From Candidatus Iainarchaeum sp. (GTDB taxonomy: Archaea > Iainarchaeota > Iainarchaeia > JAFGOX01): DNA of 49,728 nt. The position numbers were made by a program, and so were the translations under genes. The notes beneath the pieces were generated by a model that did not search any database, was not told the origin of the DNA, and worked only from the letters and a program-made list of their open reading frames with translations. Every line of letters begins with the position of its first letter. The first letter of the stretch is position 1. The stretch spans positions 1 to 49,728 of the forward strand of contig JAFGOX010000032.1 in the NCBI GenBank assembly GCA_016926295.1, in the 5' to 3' direction. Positions 37,603 through 45,364 of the stretch are shown here, in pieces.

Positions 37603-38925
37603 ATGACAGCTGATATTTTGAACAACCCAGACAAGATTATGTTCTCAATTATGGAACAAACAGGAAAAGCAGAATCTGAAATCCGCGGACTTATTAAGAA
37701 GAAAATTGACGCCTTTGGCGGAATGCTTACAGAAGCCGGGGCAGCATACTCGGTGGCAAACGATTTGGGAGTAAAGATGGGTACGAACGCCCCTAAAAGA
37801 AAAAGATTGAAACTATCTGATTTGGAAGAGGGAATGGAAAATGTGGATGTTGTAGTTTCAGTAAAGCAAGTTTTTGCTCCGCAGACATTTGAAAAGGAAA
37901 ACAAAAAAGGAAGAGTATGCAGTGTAATTGTTACCGATGGGGCAGAAGAAGCAAGATTAAGTTTATGGCATGATGATGTTGATTTGGTAGAGCAGGGAAA
38001 AATAGCAAGCGGAACAACCTTGCTTCTTGAAGGCGCTTATGTGAAACTCTACAATGAGCAGAAGCAGCTTTCTGTGACATCAAAGGGAAACATTGTGATA
38101 AATCCGGAAGGAGAAAACATTAAAGTTCCGAAAATAGAAGTCAGCATGAAAAAGATAAAGGAAATAAAAGTGGGAAATGCGGATGTAAACCTCATTGGGA
38201 AAATAACGTGGATGGGAACATTAAGGACTTTCCAAAGAGACGGACAGCCAGGAAAGGTTGCGAACATAGAACTTGTTGACGGAACAGGAAAAATAAGGGT
38301 TGCGTTATGGGGCGAACACACAAACCTGTTAACAAGGGCGAATGTGGGGGATGTTATTCAGATTAATGGCGGATACGCAAGGGAAGGATTAAACAATGCC
38401 GAAGTGAATGTCGGATGGAGGGGGACATTAATTGTAAATCCCCAGACAGACCTTGCGAAAGAACTTGAAAATGTGAGAGCAGAAGGGCTTGAGAAATTCA
38501 GAATTGACAAACTGGATGACGGCATATCCGGAGAGATAAACGGAATGGTGGTTCACATTTATGATAATAGGTCATTCAACTCCTGCCCGAAATGCAATGG
38601 AAAGACAGAAGGAACAGTCTGCCCGAAATGCGGAAATGTTGAACCCGTAAGCAAAATGATTCTTCCATTCGAGCTTGACGATGGATTCGGATGTATAAGG
38701 TGCGTTGCATTCGGTGTGCAGGCGCAGAAAATACTGGGAATTGAAAAGAATGATGTGAATGCGGATATAAAGCTAAAATCAACTGGAAAAAAGATTGCAA
38801 TAACAGGTACTGCAAGAAAGGATGAGTTCTCTGGCGGGTTAAGCTTCACCTGCAGGAACCTAGTGTCTGACAAAATAGACGCTTTGAAAGAAACAAATGA
38901 AGTCCTGGAAAGGATTTCAGAATGA
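37603..38925 (+). CDS. rpa: Replication protein A-like ssDNA-binding protein (multiple OB folds plus a zinc ribbon)
   Basis: The product is 440 aa with repeated OB-like segments ([11 protein letters not shown]..., [10 protein letters not shown]..., [10 protein letters not shown]...). The zinc ribbon is [17 protein letters not shown]. It lies immediately upstream of radA. Confidence 0.75.
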   Translation: MTADILNNPDKIMFSIMEQTGKAESEIRGLIKKKIDAFGGMLTEAGAAYSVANDLGVKMGTNAPKRKRLKLSDLEEGMENVDVVVSVKQVFAPQTFEKENKKGRVCSVIVTDGAEEARLSLWHDDVDLVEQGKIASGTTLLLEGAYVKLYNEQKQLSVTSKGNIVINPEGENIKVPKIEVSMKKIKEIKVGNADVNLIGKITWMGTLRTFQRDGQPGKVANIELVDGTGKIRVALWGEHTNLLTRANVGDVIQINGGYAREGLNNAEVNVGWRGTLIVNPQTDLAKELENVRAEGLEKFRIDKLDDGISGEINGMVVHIYDNRSFNSCPKCNGKTEGTVCPKCGNVEPVSKMILPFELDDGFGCIRCVAFGVQAQKILGIEKNDVNADIKLKSTGKKIAITGTARKDEFSGGLSFTCRNLVSDKIDALKETNEVLERISE

Positions 38926-38938
38926 TGGAGGAATTAAA

Positions 38939-39889
38939 ATGTCAGCAAAGAAAATTGAAACTATAGAAGATTTACCTGGCGTAGGTGCCACAACAGCAGA
39001 AAAATTGAGAGCAGCAGGTTATACAAACCTTGAAGCAATAGCCGTAGCTTCACCAATGGAATTAAGTGAAATTGCAGCTTTGGGAGATGCAACAGCAGTA
39101 AAAGCAATAAATGCTGCCAGAGACGCACTTGAAATGGGATATGAAAGTGCAGACAAGATACTAGAGAAGCGAAATCAGATAAAGAAACTTACAGTACCGT
39201 CAGAAGCCTTTAATGTTTTATTGGGCGGAGGACTTGAAACTCAGTCAATAACCGAGGCATACGGACAATATGGCTCAGGAAAAAGCCAGCTTGCCCACCA
39301 GCTTGCAGTAAGCGTACAAGTGCCACTGGAAGAAGGCGGACTTGGTGGAAACTGCTTATTCATCGACACTGAAAACACTTTCCGCCCGGAAAGAATAAAG
39401 CAGATGGCAGAAGCGCGCGGCATGGACCCGGATGAGGTTCTGAAAAACATAATTGTAGGTCGCGCATACAACTCAGACCATCAAATGCTGCTTCTTGAAA
39501 AGGCAAAGGACCTGATTAAGGAGAAAAACATCAAACTAATTGTTGTCGACTCTTTGACCGCGCATTTCAGGGCAGAATACACTGGCCGTGGAAAGCTCGC
39601 AGAAAGACAGCAGAAACTGAACCGGCACATGCATACCCTGCAGAGAGTTGCAGATGTAAACGATTTGGTCATATTTGTAACAAACCAAGTAATGTCAAGG
39701 CCGGACGTTATGTTCGGGGACCCGACTGCGGCAATTGGTGGCCATGTTGTAGCACACACAGCAACCTACAGACTTTATCTCAGAAGAAGCAAAGCAGAGA
39801 AAAGAATAGCAAAACTTGTGGACAGCCCTAACCTTCCGGATGGGGAAGTAGTTTTCAGGGTAACAAGCAACGGAATTGAGGACGAATAG
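38939..39889 (+). CDS. radA: DNA repair and recombination protein RadA
   Basis: The HhH motif is [12 protein letters not shown]. Walker A is GQYGSGKSQ and Walker B is LIVVDS. ATG 38939 is preferred over the longer track ORF. Confidence 0.92.
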   Translation: MSAKKIETIEDLPGVGATTAEKLRAAGYTNLEAIAVASPMELSEIAALGDATAVKAINAARDALEMGYESADKILEKRNQIKKLTVPSEAFNVLLGGGLETQSITEAYGQYGSGKSQLAHQLAVSVQVPLEEGGLGGNCLFIDTENTFRPERIKQMAEARGMDPDEVLKNIIVGRAYNSDHQMLLLEKAKDLIKEKNIKLIVVDSLTAHFRAEYTGRGKLAERQQKLNRHMHTLQRVADVNDLVIFVTNQVMSRPDVMFGDPTAAIGGHVVAHTATYRLYLRRSKAEKRIAKLVDSPNLPDGEVVFRVTSNGIEDE

Positions 39890-39901
39890 AACAACTGTGC
39901 C

Positions 39902-39909
39902 TTTAAATA
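39902..39909 (+). promoter_or_regulatory. Candidate archaeal TATA box for the tRNA cluster
   Basis: TTTAAATA ends 29 nt upstream of the tRNA-Ile 5' end. Confidence 0.4.
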
Positions 39910-39937
39910 TGTTTTTGTGCAGTAAATTATTGAAGAA

Positions 39938-40054
39938 GGGCCTATAGCTCAGCTTGGTTAGAGCGCACGACTGATAATCGTGAGGTCGCCGGTTCAAATC
40001 TGTTTTTCCTTAGTATGATTACGAGGAATTGCAGTGGAAATCCGGCTAGGCCCA
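39938..40054 (+). tRNA. tRNA-Ile (anticodon GAT) with a 42-nt intron in the T-loop
   Basis: Hand fold: GGGCCTA/TAGGCCC acceptor, GCTC/GAGC D-stem, CACGA-CTGATAA-TCGTG anticodon arm and GCCGG...CCGGC T-stem. The T-loop TTCAAA|T is split by 39999..40040. No CCA is encoded. Confidence 0.85.
39999..40040 (+). other. Non-canonical (T-loop, position 59/60 by my numbering) tRNA intron with a BHB motif
   Basis: The T-stem is 39988-92/40042-46. The central helix pairs TTCA 39993-96 with TGGA 40035-38. The inner helix pairs CTGT 40000-03 with GCAG 40031-34. Two 3-nt AAT bulges lie at 39997-99 and 40039-41. Confidence 0.8.
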
Positions 40055-40065
40055 CTCTTCATTTC

Positions 40066-40140
40066 AGGTCTGTAGCTCAGCCAGGCCAGAGCGCTCGGCT
40101 TTTAACCGAGATGTCGCGGGTTCGAATCCCGCCAGACCTA
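40066..40140 (+). tRNA. tRNA-Lys (anticodon TTT)
   Basis: The acceptor is AGGTCTG/CAGACCT. The anticodon arm is CTCGG-CTTTTAA-CCGAG and the T-arm is GCGGG-TTCGAAT-CCCGC. It starts 11 nt after tRNA-Ile. Confidence 0.9.
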
Positions 40141-40147
40141 TTTTTCT

Positions 40148-40273
40148 GCAGGGGTAGCGAAGTCTGGCCAAACGCGCGAGACTCAAGATTGTTGATCTTG
40201 AGACTTGAGCTTGAGCAATGATGATAAATCTCGTCACTTTGTGTGTTCGCCGGTTCGAATCCGGCCCCCTGCA
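40148..40273 (+). tRNA. tRNA-Leu (anticodon CAA) with a canonical 37/38 intron
   Basis: The acceptor is GCAGGGG/CCCCTGC. The anticodon stem CGAGA/TCTCG and loop CTCAAG|A are split by 40188..40227. It has a long variable arm and the T-arm GCCGG-TTCGAAT-CCGGC. Confidence 0.88.
40188..40227 (+). other. Canonical tRNA intron (40 nt) with a BHB motif
   Basis: The bulges are AGA (40186-88) and AAA (40226-28). The central helix pairs (C)TCA with TGA(T). The inner helix pairs TTGTTG 40189-94 with CAATGA 40216-21. Confidence 0.8.
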
Positions 40274-40316
40274 CGTTTAAAAATCTTTCAACAGGATATA
40301 CTAATATCCTAATTTT

Positions 40317-40391
40317 GCCCAGGTGGTGTAGTCCGGCCTAGCATGCAAGACTGTCACTCTTGCGACTCGGGTTCAAATCCCGGCCTGGGCG
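40317..40391 (+). tRNA. tRNA-Asp (anticodon GTC)
   Basis: The acceptor is GCCCAGG/CCTGGGC. The anticodon arm is CAAGA-CTGTCAC-TCTTG and the T-arm is TCGGG-TTCAAAT-CCCGG. Confidence 0.9.
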
Positions 40392-40392
40392 C

Positions 40393-40398
40393 TTTTTT
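40393..40398 (+). terminator. Oligo-T tract after tRNA-Asp
   Basis: TTTTTT begins 2 nt after the discriminator base. Oligo-T is the usual archaeal termination signal. Confidence 0.4.
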
Positions 40399-40434
40399 AT
40401 ACTTTATCTATTTTTATTGTTAATAATACGATTT

Positions 40435-40520
40435 GCAAGGGTAGCGAAGTCTGGCCAAACGCGCTGGATTTAGGGTCCAGTCCCTTTGTGGGTTCGCCGG
40501 TTCGAATCCGGTCCCTTGCA
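40435..40520 (+). tRNA. tRNA-Leu (anticodon TAG)
   Basis: The acceptor is GCAAGGG/CCCTTGC. The anticodon arm is CTGGA-TTTAGGG-TCCAG. It has a long variable arm, and its D-arm is identical to that of tRNA-Leu(CAA). Confidence 0.9.
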
Positions 40521-40599
40521 TTAACAATAGGAATTGCAGTCTATGGGGGCGGATAAGGGCTTTATAGACGGAAAGAAGGTTAATTGGATTCGTGAGAAT

Positions 40600-41085
40600 A
40601 TGGTAAAGATACTTTTGTTTACTGAAGGAACAATAATCATGCACAAGGGTGCTTCAGGTCATAAAAGAGAAGATATTGTAAAGCAGGTTAAAAACAAAGA
40701 AAAGACAGTACATGAGTACGAGTCTTATATCCCAATTGGAAATGCAGTTCAAAAATTGAAAAAATGGAAAGAATCAGGAGCTGAAATTTTCTATTTGACT
40801 TCCCGCAAAAAACCTGAAGAGGTTGCACAAATTCAAAGAGTACTTCAAGACTACGATTTTCCAGATGGCAAGTTGCTACACCGAGAAGAAAATGAAGAAT
40901 ATTGTAACGTTGCTGAAAAATGCAATCCAAATATCTTAATTGAGGATGACTGCGAGAGCATTGGTGGAACCGATGAAATGACTATAACTCCTATTAAACC
41001 TGAAATTAAGAGAACAATCAAATCAATACCAATTAAGGAATTTGGAGGGATTGATCATCTACCAGACCGCCCAGAGAATTTATAA
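40600..41085 (+). CDS. Hypothetical protein, possibly HAD-like with a degenerate motif I
   Basis: The product begins MVKILLFTEGTIIMH and contains FYLTSRK and ILIEDD. These resemble HAD motifs II and IV, but the nucleophile DxD is absent. The start is uncertain because the track ORF begins at 40534, right after the tRNA. Confidence 0.45.
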   Translation: MVKILLFTEGTIIMHKGASGHKREDIVKQVKNKEKTVHEYESYIPIGNAVQKLKKWKESGAEIFYLTSRKKPEEVAQIQRVLQDYDFPDGKLLHREENEEYCNVAEKCNPNILIEDDCESIGGTDEMTITPIKPEIKRTIKSIPIKEFGGIDHLPDRPENL

Positions 41086-41131
41086 ATTAAACAACATTAG
41101 TATATAGCGAGTTCGAATATCTTACACAGCA

Positions 41132-41470
41132 TTAAGCATAAGGTTTCATACAACTATAGAAACAATTTATTGCTATAAATATTGCTGCAAACCCCACAAG
41201 CCTGAAAATATCTGACAGCATATGATATATTAGGTAAGAATCAATATGAAATTGTAGATGAAAAAATGATGCTGATGCCAAAAAAAGTATTCCTATAAAT
41301 AAGACCTTCATGACAAACTTAATTTTCTTAATTTTCAGAAAAAGAAGGGCTTGCAACTTTCTCTCATCAAGCTTTGTTATTCTTTTTAAAGTCAAGATTC
41401 CTATAGTAAGCGACAAAATGCCAAAAGCCACTGACAGCATATTGGCAAAGAATGCAATTTCAAGAGTCAT
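41132..41470 (-). CDS. Small hypothetical membrane protein
   Basis: The product is 112 aa with 3-4 hydrophobic helices. Confidence 0.45.
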   Translation of the reverse strand: MTLEIAFFANMLSVAFGILSLTIGILTLKRITKLDERKLQALLFLKIKKIKFVMKVLFIGILFLASASFFHLQFHIDSYLIYHMLSDIFRLVGFAAIFIAINCFYSCMKPYA

Positions 41471-41554
41471 AATTAGACAATAAATTAGAGTTTAAATAAA
41501 CGGCGGTTTTGTAAAAAAGAGAATAGTTAAAAGCATATTTAATAAATGATACTC

Positions 41555-41779
41555 ATGACAAATAAAAGATTATACAGAAATCAGAATGACACAATACTTG
41601 GCGGTGTTGCAAGCGGAATGGCAGAATACTTTGATACTGACCCTACATTAATCAGAATACTCTGGGTTATATTTGGATTAGTCAGCTTGGGAACTGCAAT
41701 TATCCTGTATCTGGCAATGTGGATTATAGTTCCGGAAAAACCAATGGCAACGCCAAAAAAGAAAACTAAGAAGAAATAA
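41555..41779 (+). CDS. PspC-domain membrane protein
   Basis: The sequence LYRNQNDTILGGVASGMAEYFDTDPTLIRILWVIF is followed by a TM helix. ATG 41555 is preferred. Confidence 0.75.
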   Translation: MTNKRLYRNQNDTILGGVASGMAEYFDTDPTLIRILWVIFGLVSLGTAIILYLAMWIIVPEKPMATPKKKTKKK

Positions 41780-42284
41780 CCCGTTTCCCTTTTGCCTGGG
41801 GAATAATCTTTTTCTTGGATTTTTTAAATTCCTTAGTGAGTTCCTTGCCCTGGAAATATTCATGCAAAAAAACAGCCAATGCGCCCGCTTCTGAATGGGG
41901 CTGGTTTGTAACAGAAACATTCCAGTCGGCAACCTCGTACGCAGCTGGCGGAACTTTAGCAGAGCCAATCACCACAATCAGATTCTTTTCCTTTCTGATA
42001 TCCTTGATTACATCTTGCAATTGCGAACCATAAGCAGTTAGGTGCACAACTTTGCAGTTTTTCTTCTCCTTGTTTACAAAGGGCTTCCATTGCTTGACAT
42101 ATTTTGTTTCAAACGGGCCGCCAAACTGCTCTGTAACTTTGTCCAAACCGGAAAGAAGCTTTCTGTCTTCATCTCCTGAAAGAATGAATTCATCTGCACC
42201 AAACGCCCTTGAAATCAGACCGACATGCGTGGTAAGTCTTGCGTCCCTTGCGATTCTGTGATTTAGCCTTAATACCTTAATCAC
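41766..42284 (-). CDS. trm56: tRNA (cytidine56-2'-O)-methyltransferase Trm56 (SPOUT)
   Basis: The product has (V/M)IKVLRLNHRIARDARLTTHVGLISRAFGADEF. GTG 42284 is preceded by GGGAGGGA and overlaps the upstream permease stop (GTGATTAA). The track ORF extends further, to 42359. Confidence 0.8.
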   Translation of the reverse strand: MIKVLRLNHRIARDARLTTHVGLISRAFGADEFILSGDEDRKLLSGLDKVTEQFGGPFETKYVKQWKPFVNKEKKNCKVVHLTAYGSQLQDVIKDIRKEKNLIVVIGSAKVPPAAYEVADWNVSVTNQPHSEAGALAVFLHEYFQGKELTKEFKKSKKKIIPQAKGKRVISS

Positions 42285-43425
42285 CCTGTCCCTCCCTAAG
42301 AGCATCAATCGGCTCAAGCCTTGAGGCCCTGAACGCAGGATATGCTCCGGCGAAAACACTTACACTTATTGCAAATATGAACACCTCTGAAATAAGCATA
42401 GGTGTCATTAACGGATAAAGTCCTGATGCGATTCCTATTAATTCACCAACAAGAATACCAAAAACAATTCCTGCAATTCCCCCAAGCACGCCAAGGAACA
42501 TTGATTCAAGCAGAATCATCTGCATAACATTATTATTTGTCCATCCGACTGCTTTCAGGACTCCTATTTCAGAATATCTTTCCATAACAGACATAAGCAT
42601 TGTATTCATCACCCCTATTCCTGCAACAATTGATGAAATCAATGCGATAACCAAGGTCATAGCTCTAAGGCTGTCTAAAATATCTCCAGTAAGTGCGGCA
42701 GTCTCCTGTGCTGAATAGGCATCAAAATCATCAGGATACTTGAAATCAATTATCTTGTCTATCTTGTCAACGTTTGCGGGGTCTGCGGGCACTACAAAGA
42801 AACTATTGACCTTTCCTTCCTCAAAATCCAAAACTTTTCTTGCATCTTCGATTGGAAGTACGATTACGTTTGAATAAAAATCTGAAGTCACCTCAACAAT
42901 TCCAATAACCTTGAAGCTATAATCATTTATTTTGATTGTAGAATTAACATGCTTTTTTCTGTCATCGGATAATTTTGTAGAAATCAGAACTACGCCTTCA
43001 TCTCCCGACCTTAGCATTCTTCCTTCCTTAAGATTCTGCATTGCTGTTGCAAGAAGGCTGTTCGAAACCTGGCCTGGGTCGGTCCCTATAACAGAAACAG
43101 GTATTCCTCCACTCATGGAATTTCTTTTTCCATCAACAGTCTGCGGAACGCCAAGTATTGTGGGGGTAACGACTTTAACGCCCTGAATTGCTTCAAGCTT
43201 TGACTTATCCGAAAGATTTACAATTGAAAGAGAATCATCTGTAGCCCCATCTTGCATGACATAAACACCCTGCATTCCGCCAACGGCATCAAGGGCAAGC
43301 GCATTTATCCCTTCAACCAAACCAACTAGCACAAGCAAAGCTGCTACGCCTATCATTATTCCCAATAGTGCCAGAACAGTACGCGATTTCCTTCGCAGCA
43401 GGTTTAGAAAGGACATTTTAAACAT
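42277..43425 (-). CDS. MacB/FtsX-type ABC transporter permease (paralogue 2)
   Basis: The N-terminus is FLNLLRRKSRTVLALLGIMIGVAAL. A large extracytoplasmic domain is followed by a C-terminal FtsX 3-TM bundle ending YPAFRASRLEPIDALR. Confidence 0.85.
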   Translation of the reverse strand: MFKMSFLNLLRRKSRTVLALLGIMIGVAALLVLVGLVEGINALALDAVGGMQGVYVMQDGATDDSLSIVNLSDKSKLEAIQGVKVVTPTILGVPQTVDGKRNSMSGGIPVSVIGTDPGQVSNSLLATAMQNLKEGRMLRSGDEGVVLISTKLSDDRKKHVNSTIKINDYSFKVIGIVEVTSDFYSNVIVLPIEDARKVLDFEEGKVNSFFVVPADPANVDKIDKIIDFKYPDDFDAYSAQETAALTGDILDSLRAMTLVIALISSIVAGIGVMNTMLMSVMERYSEIGVLKAVGWTNNNVMQMILLESMFLGVLGGIAGIVFGILVGELIGIASGLYPLMTPMLISEVFIFAISVSVFAGAYPAFRASRLEPIDALREGQGD

Positions 43426-44208
43426 TTATTTTTTCCTCTTGCGTTTATTTAGTTCAACTGATTCGCTTTTGTATGCATGGCCGTTTTTTCCGCCAAGGTT
43501 TTCTTCTTCTATCAGCCCATCCCTAATTATAAAAACGCGGTCTGCAAATTCAACCAGACTTGCATCATGCGTGACTATAACAAAGGTTTTTCCTTCTTCT
43601 TCATTTAATTTTCGTATTATCTCCAGAACCTTTTCTCCCGTTTTGGAGTCCAGGTTTCCTGTGGGCTCGTCTGCAAAAATAATTTCAGGGTCATTGATTA
43701 ACGCCCTTGCAATTGAAACTCTTTGCCTTTCCCCGCCACTAAGCTGGTTCGGCTTGTGGTGCGCACGATCCTCTATTCCAACTTCCTTAAGCAGATGCAT
43801 TGCCCTGCGATGTGCGGCCACTTCAGAAACGTTTGTTGGAAGAAGAGGGATATGAACATTCTCAACTGCATCAAGAGTCGGAATAAGATTGAACGACTGG
43901 AAAATAAATCCCATCTTCTTTCTGCGGAGCATAGAAAGATTCCAGGAATCCATCTGCGTGATGTCCAATCCGTCAACAAGAACTTTTCCCTCTGTAGGAA
44001 TGTCCAGCGCACCCATTTGGTGCAAAAGTGTACTCTTCCCGCTTCCTGACGGACCAAGGATGATAATAAGCTCTCCGGGGTACACGTTAAGGCTCACGCC
44101 CCTGAGCGCGTGCACCTTTGTCTCACCCAGCAAATATGTTTTCTTTATTTTCCTGACTTCTATTATGGGTTTTCTCTCTTCTTTTTTAACCTTACCTTTT
44201 TTTACCAT
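43426..44208 (-). CDS. ABC transporter ATP-binding protein (MacB/LolD-like)
   Basis: Walker A is GPSGSGKST, the signature is LSGGERQR and Walker B is IIFADEPT. Confidence 0.92.
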   Translation of the reverse strand: MVKKGKVKKEERKPIIEVRKIKKTYLLGETKVHALRGVSLNVYPGELIIILGPSGSGKSTLLHQMGALDIPTEGKVLVDGLDITQMDSWNLSMLRRKKMGFIFQSFNLIPTLDAVENVHIPLLPTNVSEVAAHRRAMHLLKEVGIEDRAHHKPNQLSGGERQRVSIARALINDPEIIFADEPTGNLDSKTGEKVLEIIRKLNEEEGKTFVIVTHDASLVEFADRVFIIRDGLIEEENLGGKNGHAYKSESVELNKRKRKK

Positions 44209-44212
44209 TTTA

Positions 44213-45355
44213 TCACTCCGCTCTTAATGCATCAATTGGCTCCATTTTTGAAGCCAAAAATGCAGGATACAATCCAGATATCAAACTTATTGATATTGAG
44301 AATATCATCGCCTCCATAACTAACAGAGGGGTTATAATTGATGTTAATGCTAATGCGCTACTGAGAAATTCAGAGGCCAGGAAACCCAATAGCACACCGC
44401 CAAGGCCACCAAAAAATCCTAGCAACAGGGATTCTAAAAGTATCATTCTTATCACATTATCATTGGTCCAGCCGACTGCTTTCAATACTCCTATTTCCTT
44501 AAATCTTTCCAGAACCGACATCAGTAATGTGTTGAGAACGCCTATTGCAGAAACAACCGCAGCAATAAGGGAAACCAAGAATGCAAAGTTCCTTAGGTTC
44601 TCTATCAAACTGCCAACTTGCTCTATCGCATCCTGACTTGAACGTGCATCCAGGTCATCAGGATACTTGAAATTAATCAGCTTTGCTATTTTTGATGCCT
44701 GCGCCAAATCTGCAGGAATAACAAAAAAGGTTGAAGCCTTATTAGACGGAAAATTACCGATTTCTCTTGCATCATCCATATTCATAACAACCATATTTCC
44801 AAAAATGTTTGAAACCGGTTCAAAGATTCCAACTACTTTATACTTGTCGTTATTGAGTTCAATCTGACTGCCCACATTTTTCTTGAAATCATCGGCCATT
44901 GACTTGGAAATCATTACTACGCCTTCGTCTCCAGGTCTAAGCGTGCGCCCGGTTATAATCTTTTCCAATATTACCGATGCCGAACCCTCACCCAAATCTG
45001 CCAGATCCACGCCATAGCCAACCACTGCCCCGCCAGTAAGCAATTGCGTATTTCCTTCCACCTTTCCGATTGTAATTCGAATCTCGGGAATTGCTTTTCT
45101 GACGCCTGTTACGGACTCTATCTTTTCTTTAAAGGTAATTGGAATCTTGGAACTAAGCGGGCCCATGTAGGTCTGGCCTTTCTGAAATACCATTATGCCC
45201 TGCATATTGCTGAAGGCCGACATTGCTTCCTGATTAACTCCGTCAACAAGACTAACTAGTGCAATAAGTGCTGCGACACCAATAACTAGTCCCAAAAGCG
45301 CAAGGAAGGTACGGGTTTTCCGCCTCCAAAGATTAAGGAAGGCAACTTTTAGCAT
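44213..45355 (-). CDS. MacB/FtsX-type ABC transporter permease (paralogue 1)
   Basis: It has the same architecture as 42277..43425 and is clearly similar to it (FLNLWRRKTRTFLALLGLVIGVAAL...YPAFLASKMEPIDALR). Confidence 0.85.
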   Translation of the reverse strand: MLKVAFLNLWRRKTRTFLALLGLVIGVAALIALVSLVDGVNQEAMSAFSNMQGIMVFQKGQTYMGPLSSKIPITFKEKIESVTGVRKAIPEIRITIGKVEGNTQLLTGGAVVGYGVDLADLGEGSASVILEKIITGRTLRPGDEGVVMISKSMADDFKKNVGSQIELNNDKYKVVGIFEPVSNIFGNMVVMNMDDAREIGNFPSNKASTFFVIPADLAQASKIAKLINFKYPDDLDARSSQDAIEQVGSLIENLRNFAFLVSLIAAVVSAIGVLNTLLMSVLERFKEIGVLKAVGWTNDNVIRMILLESLLLGFFGGLGGVLLGFLASEFLSSALALTSIITPLLVMEAMIFSISISLISGLYPAFLASKMEPIDALRAE

Positions 45356-45364
45356 TTGCCCCCT

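Noticed and set aside
40030-40042. TGCAGTGGAAAT in the tRNA-Ile intron resembles the archaeal origin-recognition-box core (..CCAGTGGAAA..) as I remember it.
   Set aside because: It is a single copy with no G-string partner or AT-rich unwinding element. The same bases are fully accounted for as the BHB strands of the intron.
40218-40224. ATGATGA (a box C-like sequence) inside the tRNA-Leu(CAA) intron, suggesting an intron-encoded C/D box sRNA as in some tRNA-Trp introns.
   Set aside because: The intron is only 40 nt and has no CTGA box D or C'/D' elements. These bases form the BHB central and inner helices.
40294-40309. The palindrome GGATAT-acta-ATATCC lies between tRNA-Leu(CAA) and tRNA-Asp.
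   Set aside because: It is short and AT-rich, and it may simply overlap a TATA-like promoter for tRNA-Asp. I have no supporting evidence for a specific function.
40015-40644. ORFs of 65-74 aa on both strands across the tRNA cluster.
   Set aside because: They are entirely explained by the five tRNA genes and their spacers.
41766-42359. The long form of the Trm56 ORF and other N-terminally extended track ORFs (29808, 30449, 38897, 18675, 13655, 40534).
   Set aside because: The extensions overlap upstream genes or tRNAs and lack conservation-like sequence. Internal ATG or GTG codons with GGAGG-like motifs give N-termini that match the families.
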